The notes under the pieces: generated by a model
Database searches by the model: none
Told to the model about the DNA's origin: nothing
What the model saw: only the letters and a program-made list of their open reading frames with translations
Shown: piece after piece, positions 1-12,305 of the stretch
How positions within the stretch are numbered: the stretch's first letter is position 1
Layout: each line of letters begins with the position of its first letter
Made by a program: the position numbers and the translations under genes
Source of the DNA: Bigelowiella natans CCMP2755
Lineage: Eukaryota; Protista; Cercozoa
Length of the DNA: 64,000 bases
Assembly (NCBI GenBank): GCA_000320545.1
Contig: ADNK01001949.1
Location: 1 to 64,000 of the forward strand
Direction of reading: 5' to 3'

Positions 1-401
1 GCAAAGCATTTCATCCCCAAATGGCAATCTGGGAGGGGGGGAAATTGAGGGATTAAGGATGTTCACCGCGAACAATATCCAATTGTAACGACAACGTGGG
101 AAGATATGGCCCGGCAAAATACGCAAGGTTCAGATTTAAATCGTTTTAATAAATAGGACCCCCCCGCTCCACCCGGAGAGCCATCCCTTGAGCCTTTTAG
201 GTACCCCCCCCCCCCCCCCCCAAACCCCCTCACTTCGTACCAGCTCAAAGGCCAACGACGTTCGCGAGATCACTGCAGAAGAACGCACGCAAGAATAACC
301 AAAGCGATTTTAATTGGGGCGAGGCGGATATACACATAATGTAAGCACATATTGATATAAACATACACACACACGACATATATATAATTATATAATATAT
401 A

Positions 402-439
<38 letters not shown>

Positions 440-724
440 AAATTAATTATTTTCTGCCATGTCCTTAGAATGATGCAACGCTAAAACTAAATTACACACA
501 CATACACACACACACACACACACACATGCGCGCGCGCGCACATCAGAGAGCACATATCGGCATCATTACTCTCTGGAATATCCGTGTCGTTGCCCTGGAA
601 CAGTCTCAACTGCTCTGTTTGGCCCTGCTGCTGCTGCTCTAAGGAGGACTGCACCGCATAGCATAAGCAACCATCAAAAACACGCACTGAATGAATACAC
701 CTGCTACCACAATCACTACTACTG

Positions 725-757
<33 letters not shown>

Positions 758-784
758 CATTTGGCTCTCAATAATAGCACAAGG

Positions 785-819
<35 letters not shown>

Positions 820-1585
820 GTGATGATAATGATGATGACGAGGAGGAGGAGGAGGAGGGAGAAGAAGAAAAGAAATGAGATCGAAGAACGTCATATCAGC
901 AGCCATGTTGGAACATCGTATACACTCCTCGCCCCCCCCTCTTTCAAAAATGTTCTTCTGTCTTATCCCCATTCTCGCGGTGGTATGTGATATTCAATTT
1001 TATGATCTTCCTCCCCCATCACCCCCTCCCTCTCTCGATTCGCATGTTAGTTGGCCGTGCCTTGTCGAGGTATACGGCTGCAAGATGCGTCATCGGCGAG
1101 AAAAACCTGCATTCCATGGGAAGCAAACAAATGAAGAAATAACACAACGCACAAATGCAAATACAAATACATATCCCAAATATATAAATATATATATATA
1201 TATTTCCATATTTACTGTTTAACCAATCTTACATGCACGCCAATCTTGGGAAAGTACCGTTTCATTTTTTGCTCTCCGAGTTTTATCCATTCCCCCCCCC
1301 CCTCGCTGCCCTCCTCCCCCTCCAAGTAAGCCGGGACCGATCCTCTATCCGGTGGGGGGGGAGACGGCACTAGCACGGGTAAAGGGGCTGGAGGGGGCAC
1401 CTAGTATGAGTACCAGAAACACGGTGGGTTGTGGGAAGAAGTTGTGATCAAGATGGTGATGACGACGATGGTGATGGTGATGGTGATGGTGATGATGATG
1501 ATGATGATGAAAACAACAAGTATTATTTGCACACGCTGAATGAAAGATGGCTCGTCTCCGTAGCTTCACGGAGATTGCTACTAGG

Positions 1586-1650
<65 letters not shown>

Positions 1651-1842
1651 AAGAGAGCGCTGTTTATGCTGTGTTTAATGTGGGTTGATCCCGTCGGTCG
1701 GGGTGAGAAACAACGCATTGCGTCAGCGACGATGTGCTCAAACAACAACCTCAAACGTGATCGTGAAGGGGACTCTGTGGTAGAGGACGAGGAGAACGGC
1801 GACTTCTACGAGGAGGAGGAGGAGGAGGAGGAGGAGGAGGAA

Positions 1843-1877
<35 letters not shown>

Positions 1878-1994
1878 CCGTCATTAATATATTAAAAAAC
1901 TTGTGCTTTGTCTTCTCCACAACTGAGAATAGCAGTGAAGTATGCTTTGTAGCGAAGTGCACGTGCGTGGTGTGGAGTATGGGCATGAGGGGGT

Positions 1995-2077
<83 letters not shown>

Positions 2078-2242
2078 GTTTCAAGTGACCGACCTCCCAA
2101 CAATACAATCATCCAGTAGTGATGATATCTGAATAACCAACCACACAAATTGCAAAAAGAACGCAATTAGAAGACCGTCAACCCTCCCCCATTCCTCTCC
2201 CTCGCCTACCCTTCCTCTTTCTATTCCTACTGCTACCACACG

Positions 2243-2278
<36 letters not shown>

Positions 2279-2571
2279 TACGCATAGGCGCGCGCGCACA
2301 AACAAACACGAGCGACCTTCGATTTGGTGACATTGACTCCGATGGGCTGTGCGTTTATTCCAGCGATCCGCATTCCTTTGTACACGCCTTCTCGCTGATT
2401 TAGGTGAAATGACGATGGGTGATGATGATGATGATGATGGTTGATGGTGATGATTGATGATTGATGATTGATGATGAGGTGATGATGATGATGATGATTG
2501 TGATGATAATCGAAGAGAGAGATTTGGGGTGCTGGCAGCACATCAGCCGCATCCCCACAAACGAGACATAA

Positions 2572-2606
<35 letters not shown>

Positions 2607-2805
2607 CATATTGCATATTTGCATTTTTCTCCTTCTGATAATCCCCCACCTCGGCTTGAGAGCCTCTATCTACGTGTAATATCTGCCATAGCAAGGAGAG
2701 GGGGAGGCGGCAAAATGTAGCAGTGAGCGACGAGTGTTTGGTGGGTGGATTATGAGGAATGGCTCTACAAAACGGGGGGCGGGGGCAGGGGAGGGGGGGA
2801 GAGAC

Positions 2806-2841
<36 letters not shown>

Positions 2842-2912
2842 TGTGCGTGTGTGTTACTAGCACCGGTGTTTGTTTGCAGAACGGAGTTTGCAAGTATGTT
2901 CATGCGTATTCT

Positions 2913-2953
<41 letters not shown>

Positions 2954-3366
2954 ACATATGACATGATAGCATATTTGTACTAAAAGAGCGCTTTCTCCCC
3001 CCCTCTCGCCCCGCCCTCGCCCCCCCCCCTAACTCTGTACCTTGCCGTTGAAGTTAAACGTCATTCCGATGAAGCCAGGGCTAAACTGTGCCCGGAGATA
3101 CTCTGCAGGGAGTCTGAAGTCATTTGTAGCTGCAGCAGCAGCGGCGGCGCCTCTCCCACCATTTCTTCCTCTATCGCCGTGGTTATCTTTGAGCGCATAG
3201 GAAGGTCCGCCGTGTGTGTTGGAACGGTGGGGTTGGTATGCGTCCTCCCCCCCTTCATCGTCGTCCTGCATTGGCTCTGCACGCGGCGTTGCTACCGGCA
3301 TTGGGGTGTGCCCTGGGAAATATACAAAGATAACCATGCAATACAAATAAATAAATATATGTATGT

Positions 3367-3398
<32 letters not shown>

Positions 3399-3821
3399 TT
3401 TAAATATATTATTTGCCAAATTATTTTTATGGATAATACTACGCACACACACACACAAACAAACACACGCACACGCAAACAAAAACAGACAGTACGCACA
3501 CAACGTGCTTCTGGCTCCCCAACCGAGCCCTCCCCTCCCCCTTTCTCAGCTGCGATGGATTATTCCCAACAGCAGCCGCACCAGTCTCACGCAAAAAGAC
3601 GGTCAATTTGCCGTGATAGCTGATGGAATCTGCTACTTCAAAAACGACGATCGTGTTCGCATACCCCCCCCCTCCCCCTTTCCTTCACCTGGAAAAGGTG
3701 TATGTCCTGGGAAGGGCGTGTGCCCTGGGAACGGCGTGTGTCCTGGACGCTGCTGCTGCTGCTGCTGGTGGTGGTGCGATTTGGAATCCTTATGCGACTC
3801 ATGCTGATGATGATGATGGTT

Positions 3822-3861
<40 letters not shown>

Positions 3862-4118
3862 GAGAAGTGCTGCGCTCTCGCTCTATGAGCTGGAAAAGGT
3901 GTGTGCCCGGCGTGTTTGCTGTTGTAGGGCCGACTTGCTACGGTTGGAGAATCAGGGCTGGGGTCACGAGGGTCTAGGGCACAACATTGGAAGGGGAAAG
4001 AAGCGGGGGAGGGGAGGGGGGGAAGGAGGGAGGGGATGATGAGTGATATATACCGCAGTATATAATACGATGAGCGTTTGTTTTGGGTGAGTGTGTATGT
4101 GTGTATGTGTGCGTGTGT

Positions 4119-4157
<39 letters not shown>

Positions 4158-4334
4158 CGGGTGGTGTGTTTTTTTATATGCTCGTTATTGTTTCTTCAGC
4201 GGAAAGGAGAGGAAAACGAAGAATGCATCTTACCGGCCATTCCGAGCGACTCTCGTACTTCTGTGGAGAAGAAGAAGAACCAACATCAGAAGGAGAAGAA
4301 GAGAAAAGGACCGCATTGGGTCACCACGCATATG

Positions 4335-4410
<76 letters not shown>

Positions 4411-5947
4411 TGTGTGTGAGTGGACAAAAACTTCATATTCTCGTATAAACAACATAGCCAAACAGCAATCATTTGCCTGTTTACTAGAGCAATAAATAAT
4501 GCGATGCAACGACGAACCAAAGTAGTCCGAGTCATATTGCGACTTCCCCTCATCTTGAGCCGCCTCTTCCTCCTCCCCCACCTCCATCTTCACATCTACT
4601 TCGTTCTGTCCAACATCGCCCCCCCTCTCCGCACTGCCCCCTTCTTTCCCCGAAGCTACTGCTGCTGCTGCTGCTTTGTCTTCTTCTTCCTCTTTTTCTT
4701 CATCAGCGATAGCATCTGCAAGTGCAGACTCTAATGCCTTTTTCTCTTTCTCTGAGAAAATCTCCGCGCCCCCCTCCTCTTCTTCTCCTGCTTGAACCCT
4801 TCCCCCCTCACCAACACAGGCACGAGCATCTTCACCCCCACTGCAGCGCTCACCAGCTTCCTCGCTTATGGAGAACCTACCATCCCGTCTTTCCGCCCCT
4901 CCCCCATTGTGTGTCTCAGCCCTCCCCTCGTCTTTAGCCGCATTCCCATCATCTTTGTCTGCGGTAACATCTTCACGATCGCTCTCGTGCTGCCGTGGTG
5001 GCCCCTCCGCAGCGTTCCCTCTGTTCGCCTGTTTCCGCCCGGACTCTGGGGGCGTGGGCGAGGGCGAGGAGGGGTGAGACTGCAGGCCAGGAGAGGCTGG
5101 TTTTGGATGTAGAAACTTGTAAGGAGGCTCTGATTGCGAGGAAGGTGAGCCACGGCTGTACCCCCCTGACATTGGTTGTAAGTTCGAGAGAGGAGGGGGG
5201 GAAAACACGTTTAGGAATTTCTGCGTCAGGGGGTGGAACGGAGGGGGAAGGGGGGGGGGAGGGGGGTGGGGGGGAGGGGGGGCAAGTTCATTTGGATGTG
5301 GCGTTGTTGAGAATGGCGGAATAAGCGAAGGTATATGAGGCAGGTGAAAAGAGCACAGCCAGGCGGTACGTGCACGTAGGAGACTCAACGGAGAACTTGG
5401 CATGCCATAATACTAGCAGCAGCGATCACAGATATCTTCCGTAAACAACGCGTCTAGCACTACCTCTTAGACGCGATGGAACTTGCAGGCGGTTGCTTTG
5501 CTGATAGGATGGGGGCTGATGGCCAATCTGCGCCCTTCCTCCTCCTCCTCCTCCTCCTCCTCCTCCTCCTCCTACTCGATTCCTCTCCGTCGTTTTGGAC
5601 TGGTGGATCGTGGCCATAGCCTTCGATGCACACGGCTCCCCGTCGGCACGAGCACTGCTGCTGAGAGACATGGTCTTGCTAATCCCATTGCGAATTCCAG
5701 TTGAGAGCACAGCGGCCGAGCAGATGAGCGTGGCAGCAATGAAGACGGCGAAACTTGCGTGCGCCCCATTCCTCCCCGTTCCTGATGGGAAAGTAATATA
5801 TAAATAAGAGAACAGACGGGGGAGGAGAAGAATAGCGTATGGCAAAACCGAATATCTTACTAGGCCGCGCTATAGTTCTAAAGGTCAGCTGTTTGTTCTT
5901 CTTGTTTTTGGTCGCAAAGCATCCTTACTGAGGCCTGTGTTGGCCAT
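1..5947 (-). CDS. Multi-exon protein: N-terminal signal-like segment, low-complexity region with GHTP(F/M)P repeats, PDZ domain; 3' end probably runs off the window
   Basis: Exon 1 (5929-5947, MANTGL, GTAAG donor) splices in frame to RTGRNGAHASFAVFIAATLICSAAVLS. A large acidic/Pro-rich exon lies within ORF 4321..5403. A PDZ-like sequence is assembled from exons at about 1750-3100: FSPGFIGMTFNFNGK/ILHVDRGSQAE/REGVYKGMRIAGINAQPIG/RVPFTITFE. Joining all parts into one gene is inferred. Confidence 0.55.
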
Positions 5948-6784
5948 GGTATTTGTATCAGTAGGCGCTAGCGGCTGGTGTCTTGTGGAAGCCTTTCTTC
6001 TCAGGATCTGATATTCTCAGGATGAAGAAAAGGGCCTTGTTGCCATGTGCCCGTACCTGGCCTTGCCCTGCGTAGGAAACCAATCGAAAAGACTAATTTC
6101 AAACGAATGTCAATCGCGGGGGCGGGTCGACCCCCAAGTGGGTTAATCGAAAGCCTCTTTATGCGAAAAAGACCACCCTTTTCGCGTAATGTTGGTGGGC
6201 GCCACGCCTCACCCCACATAGAGGGATGAGGTCCAATATAGGAGGATTGCAATTAATATGTCCTTCGATTGGCCCTCTTGAAGCTCCCCTCCCAGAACCA
6301 CAAAATTATTCAAGACTCGGCCCTCTACCCCAACTTCCCTTCTCCCTTTATGAGCAAAACGCCCTTTTTCATCCTCCCCCCCCCCCGCAACCTCAAGTTT
6401 CTTCCTTCGAAGGACACACCGGAGTGCTAGCTCGGGTAGCGGTTTGGATTTTTTTCCCCTTCTTTGGGATGGGGGTACGGAAATTGGTCAATCGCGGCGT
6501 AAAATTTGGCCCATTTTTGTTAAAAATATACTCTCAATGCCCTGTAATTTAAACAAGCAACAATGAGTGTGTCATGTCGCAGGATGAAATTGCCTCCTTT
6601 GGAAAATGGAGGGAAGGTGTTTGGGCCGTCGCTGCTCTGTTGTTGTGGTGCGTTCAGTTTCCTCATCACATCAATCCGAAATTGTCAAGTGGTAACAGTG
6701 CAAACAACCTTGGGTGAGTGTCTGTACATGCACACCAGAGAGGTTATGAGCCATTCAAAAGTGAACAGATTCGTCGCTGGTGTC

Positions 6785-7900
6785 CTAGCTCTAGTAGCTA
6801 GCTAGCTAGCTGGCATTCTTGGTCTTCGTTCAGCACGCAATTGCCAGCACGTCTAGACGTGAAAGCTCAGATTATTCAGAGCTCAGCGTGTGAGTGCCGT
6901 CAGGTTTGCACGTGCATGCATGCGTGTCAAACAGCATCAATTGATGAACATGCGAACGAGAGGGCTGAGCAGCAATCTTGGACCAGAAGTTGTGAACATC
7001 AGCATTTCATTGGGAAATCCCTTTCTGGCTGCGACGCTGCCATGGATTGGCTGCTGGTGAGAGTGTGGCTCACACTGGGGATGATGTCAGTGCCACATCG
7101 CGCCCACGCTAGCACGCTGTGACAATCGTGTGTTTTCAACGGATCCATTGGGCTCACAGTTCGATCATCGACGGCTCATCAAACAATGGCGTGAACCAAT
7201 GAGGCGCATAGTGATTCTGCGACAAGGGAGTTGCATGTGTTGTTTGGCATTGCTAGATTGAACAAAACATTGTCACAGAGCTTCTGCTATGGGGTGGAAA
7301 TCTGCACTCAACAGGTTCGGTTGTGACGTGAGAACTCCACGCGTGATTTGAGAGAGTGGTTCATTTCATTGTTCACTACACGTAGTTCGCATTTTGCAAC
7401 TGTCACTTTGATGTGGATGTCCCCAACTAGCCAAACACAGAAACAATGAGTTCCATTTGTGCATGGACTCAAAGTCCACACATTCGACTTGCGCAAATCA
7501 TTCGACATGATGTAGCAATGCACACTGTTCTTGACGACCAAGTCAAGCTACTACATGCAGAAACATGGAAATGAAATGGACTCCGAAACGATGAAAAAAT
7601 CGCACATGCCCCGATCCGGAACATCAGCATAGCAGCATGCCTGCATCATAGCATTACATGCCTGCTGCATTTGATCATGGGGAGCTAGCAATCACAACTC
7701 GAGCTGATGAGTTTTCATGATGAATGTTTAATGGTTTTTCCCCTTTTTGCATTACAATCTAGCAATTGAATGCCGAAAAATTCAATCATATCGAAGCTTT
7801 GATGTGAGATTTGCGTAGGCACCGAAACGATGGCCTCAATCAAAAACTGCTCGTTAGTGTTTGAAAGTAGTGAGCCATACATGCATGATGATCTATGGAT
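6785..7900. other. Moderately TpA-depleted intergenic domain starting with a CTAG cluster
   Basis: Five CTAG in 6785-6809, followed by TGCA/CATG-rich sequence with sparse TA. Confidence 0.55.
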
Positions 7901-8219
7901 CGCTCAACAACAATGTGACCCAACGCACATCGTCAGATCGAATGATGACAAGCGCAAACAGCTTCCATCCGTTGTCCGGAGACACGACCACGCTGCTTTC
8001 GTGAGGACCAATCAGATGCATTGCAACGAACACAAACTCTATGCCGCATGCAGCTCACATTTGTTATATTGTACATTGATAAGTGACTAGCGACACATCG
8101 TTCAACCATATGTATGTGCATATGCATATGACGTTCACATCACACACAGAGCACGAATGACGGTGCTAACTAAAAGTGCTACACAGGCGGCGAAAAATGG
8201 AATATATGAAAATATTGCA

Positions 8220-9152
8220 TCACGCTTGCCGCCGCTTGAAGTAGAAAAACCCTGCGGGAACCCCAAGAAAGAGCGATGCTAGCACTAGCCACTTGTACGG
8301 GTTATGTGCCTTTTGTGGAGATTCAAATAAACATATAATAGGTTTGAAGAGTAAACAATGAGGCATAACAATTTGAAAAAACATTCCAATATATATACAC
8401 GTGCTTACATAACGAGACGCCATGCACATCGTCGAACGTGCAAGAAGCTCGTTTGTGATCCAGATGCATGGATGAGAATATTACCATTTTTTTTTCCAAC
8501 TCTTCCACTTTTCCTTCCAACGCTTCAATTTTTACGATTGCTGCTTTCCATTTCCGTTCTATATCAGTTTTCTCCTTCTCAGCTTTCTTGGCTTTTTTCT
8601 TTTCACGCTGGAATGCTAAGTAGAAAATCTACTTAAACTTTGCTGATGACTAACCACGGTATTTTCTGCTAAATACCTATTCCCACTTCCTCTCTTTCGC
8701 CCTCTAACTTGTTGTATAGCTGCGATTATTAACGGCAAGTTAGGTGGTTATTGAGGGGTGGCGCTATTTTTACACGATAAATGAGATTTCATAACTAATG
8801 ATATCGGAATAGCCTCCCATGTTCTTTATACACCCCCCCCCCCCGCGCCCCATTACTGCAGCATGCCACTATATAGACTTCCAAACTTGGCAGCACTGGA
8901 AAATGTCCATATGAGCACACATGCACATACATAGGAGAAAGCTCGGACATTTAAGCGAGCACATAAAAGTTTACAAATAAGCGTGCGTCTGTTAACAATG
9001 TGTTCTTGAAGATGTAAAATATCTTGTACTTACACTCTGGAGGTTGATATAATCCTCTCTGAGTTGGAAAAGTGTCCTTCTGTCGCACAGGGGACGATCC
9101 GACATCAAAAACAGCTTTGAATTACGCTTCTGAGTAACACACAGACACGTCC

Positions 9153-9190
<38 letters not shown>

Positions 9191-9207
9191 GTATATGTAT
9201 ATATATT

Positions 9208-9246
<39 letters not shown>

Positions 9247-9720
9247 ACGTGTCTGTGTATATACCCCACATTGTGGGAATATGTGTTCGTCTGTTGATCT
9301 CCAAATCGAGGCTAACGCTTACATTAATGGAGCTGTTATGTATTTCTCCTTCGCGCTATGTTTGTCAAAGTGTGGAATGCGTGTGTGGGGTTACAGCACC
9401 TCTGAACCGCTCATGATCTTGACAAAAAAGAAGATAAACTGGCGTTGGAATCTAAGCGTGGGAAATGGCGGCGTTACACGTATGCTACGTCACCAAAGCT
9501 GCCTTCGTTTTTACAAATGTACTTAAATGGGAAAACGCCTTTCAGCAAAACTGCACTAAACTGGAGGTAGACTGTACACGTAGGCGAACCGTGTTTATCT
9601 CGGAAGCTGCGCACGCGTCGATGAATTAGATGTATGTGGGGTACATTCTAGTTACCGGTTGAGCGTTTCGGACGTTCGACGATGTGAAGAATCACATCCT
9701 ATCCCACCGTACGACATAAA
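8220..9720 (-). CDS. Multi-exon coiled-coil protein with C-terminal tail anchor (5' end uncertain, possibly near 10130)
   Basis: Last exon ESPQKAHNPYKWLVLASLFLGVPAGFFYFKRRQA* is a TM helix plus basic tail. An upstream exon KAEKEKTDIERKWKAAIVKIEALEGKVEELEKKM is heptad-like. Confidence 0.55.
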
Positions 9721-10249
9721 AAATACGATGTATTTGCATAATAAATCGAATACACCTATTGGTGTATAGGCAATCTTTATCCTGCGACACGAAGAATATC
9801 ACAATCCTATGATCATTTGAAATACATATTGTCGCTACTCATAGAAAGCAGGGAATCATGAACCTGTGACATAATAGCCTGACGAGGAAATACATGCCGC
9901 TTTTTAGGTTGCTGTGACCACCCTGTAAGGAAATAAATTAGTGGGTAAGCGGAAGTCAGTCTTCTCTGCTTTTCAAAATCTGTCCAATTATTAGCGATTG
10001 TAGATAGCGACAACTATCTAGATCCCCAAAACTAAGATAATACCCGATTCAATTCCGTTGCAGAAGAAGATAGGAGGGGGGATTTTCGTTTTTGGAACAA
10101 CCAAGAAAATGGTTGGTGCATCATCCATGAAAGTAAATTACAGTGATTTATAGACGGCGACAAAGAAATTGGAATGTCGCACAGTCTTTCTGCATAACTG
10201 AAAGCTCGTCTCCACCAGCATCCCTCAAGAGCCATCGAAGGAAGAAACA

Positions 10250-11053
10250 ATGAGAAAGGTCACATCAGTGCTTAGAAGAAGGGGGCTGCCACGCTTCACA
10301 GTCCTCAAACGTAGCTTCGCCAACCGGACGGATGAGAACGAAAGGGACATTCGAATCTACCTTGAGTCGGCTGACAAGAATGACTGGAATGCATTGCTGC
10401 CCCTTGGGATCTTCTCTGGTGTAAACACCAACCCTCTGCTTCTCAAGGAAGCAGGGATAGAAATCAAGGAGCCCGTGTTTCCAAATCTACGCTCTCTTAT
10501 TCGATCCGCAGTGGACGACTATCCGGTTAACGAGATTTTCATTCAAGCATGGGGAAGCACGAAGGATGAGCTTGTTCGCACTGGGCTTATTGCCCGGATG
10601 TTTGACCGGCGTGTAGTTGTCTCAATGCCTGTGACGTTCGAGGGCATGCAAGCCGCGACAGAGCTCATCCAGAAAGGTGCTAAGGTCTGTATGACAGCTG
10701 GCCATGCACAGAAACAAGCTGTAATGGGGTCGGCTCTCATGGCGGATTACTTCGCGCCATGCGTCTCAGGAATATCTGAAAGTGGGGAGGATGCTGTGGC
10801 TCAGTGCATTGCGATGCAGCAAGTTATTGCAGGAATGGGATCTCAAACGAGGATAATGGCCTCCTCGCTTCAAAGCGCGGACGAGATCGTCGAGCTCTCT
10901 AAGGCTGGTATAAAAACGTTTTCCGTCTCCGCGCGGGTTGCGTATGAGCTAGTTAACCAACCGCTGACCACCAAGATGACTGACGAGTTGGAAGACATAT
11001 CGCAAGGGCTCATAGCAGAGAGCAAGGAGACATGGGCTGAAAGCAAGCAATAA
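10250..11053 (+). CDS. Transaldolase/fructose-6-phosphate aldolase (TalC/FSA) family protein, intronless, probable organellar presequence, catalytic Lys absent
   Basis: Motifs IYLESAD, GVNTNPLLL, IFIQAWG, VVVSMPVT, ADYFAP, TRIMASSL and GIKTFSVS align with the TalC/FSA fold. The first ~25 aa are Arg-rich and acid-free. Confidence 0.88.
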   Translation: MRKVTSVLRRRGLPRFTVLKRSFANRTDENERDIRIYLESADKNDWNALLPLGIFSGVNTNPLLLKEAGIEIKEPVFPNLRSLIRSAVDDYPVNEIFIQAWGSTKDELVRTGLIARMFDRRVVVSMPVTFEGMQAATELIQKGAKVCMTAGHAQKQAVMGSALMADYFAPCVSGISESGEDAVAQCIAMQQVIAGMGSQTRIMASSLQSADEIVELSKAGIKTFSVSARVAYELVNQPLTTKMTDELEDISQGLIAESKETWAESKQ

Positions 11054-11776
11054 CGATGGCAGTTCAGAATAGTCGTTGCGAGTTAACTGTTAATGTAAAG
11101 ATACCAGTAGAGCTTGGGCTGCTAATGTAAAGATATTCTTGGAGATAAAAGACTGTATTTGTATAGATCATAGGAAAAAATGTTGTATAGTACAACGGTA
11201 CAGAGACAACATACGTATAGCCACCTCTTTAAACATGAGAAGAAGAGGAAAAAGGGAGGAAAAACAACAGACAAAAAGTATAGCTGGTATAAAACATCTA
11301 AGAATTTAAAAGAACAGCCCCCCCTCCCCCCCCCCTTTAGCTGAATATACATTATTCATAACTTTCTAAAATACTTTCTCAAACTTTCAGACGTCTCTGA
11401 AAAGATGACATCATTAGCTAAACATAAAATCATGTGTGTTCCATATATTTACACCCGAACACTTCAATCAAAGCTTGATTAATAAGCACTTGTCATCCCT
11501 AGCCGATTTAAATCATAATCAAGATAAAAATTAGCAAAACGTGCTGCGTGCGGTATCATTTTATTAACTACGTATGCATATGACATGATTGTTGTAAACG
11601 ATCGGGTTGTATGTGAATTACATCGCACTGGCCTATTCATCATGGGATGACTATGAGCTTCATGATATGGTTCTTCACCTGCTATACTGCATGCCAAGGC
11701 TATATGCTAGTATGCGGCATAAAAACTTAATAAATGATCTGATTTCAAGGTGAGAGTGCTGTAAGTCCGTCTACAT

Positions 11777-12230
11777 CTAGACCACCTGTCTAGATACACA
11801 CACTGCCTAGCTAGCTAGACTTGAACAAATCGTATCAAACACAATAGTAAACACGCACATATGCCGCAGTAGTTAGGTCTAGAGTTTTTTTTGAAGAGCA
11901 AGCTAGCGAAGTGCAGCTGCGCGCGAAACTAGAAACTCAATCACTAGATCACGCACGCGAGCACACCTGTAGCTAGCTAGACCTCTAGACCTAACCACTC
12001 TAGCACTATCTAGCTATATACTTATAAGTCCCTATAACTAGCCTAGCTAGCATTGTGCACATCATGCATGGCTAGATACGATGGGGCCCGTTCTAGCGTT
12101 CTAGCAGCGTTGAGCGCTGGCATCGCTAGCTAGCTAGGTCGCGACGCATCTAGATCAACGACATCTAGATGTGTCCATGTGGTAACAGCAAACAGTTGAC
12201 AATGCCATCTCGTGCTTCTACAACATCTAG
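11777..12230. repeat. CTAG-dense segment
   Basis: 26 CTAG counted in about 455 nt, between two convergent gene ends. Confidence 0.85.
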
Positions 12231-12305
12231 ACATGCGATGACTGGCAATTTCTGATCATCCTGCATCGACGAGCCTGGGAAGATCGATCGGTGAAGCATC
12301 TCACT

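Noticed and set aside
6050-6550. Odd homopolymer-rich composition (also about 1-240, 15700-16400 and 35450-35660)
   Set aside because: Resembles low-quality read ends with base doubling; not interpretable without raw data.
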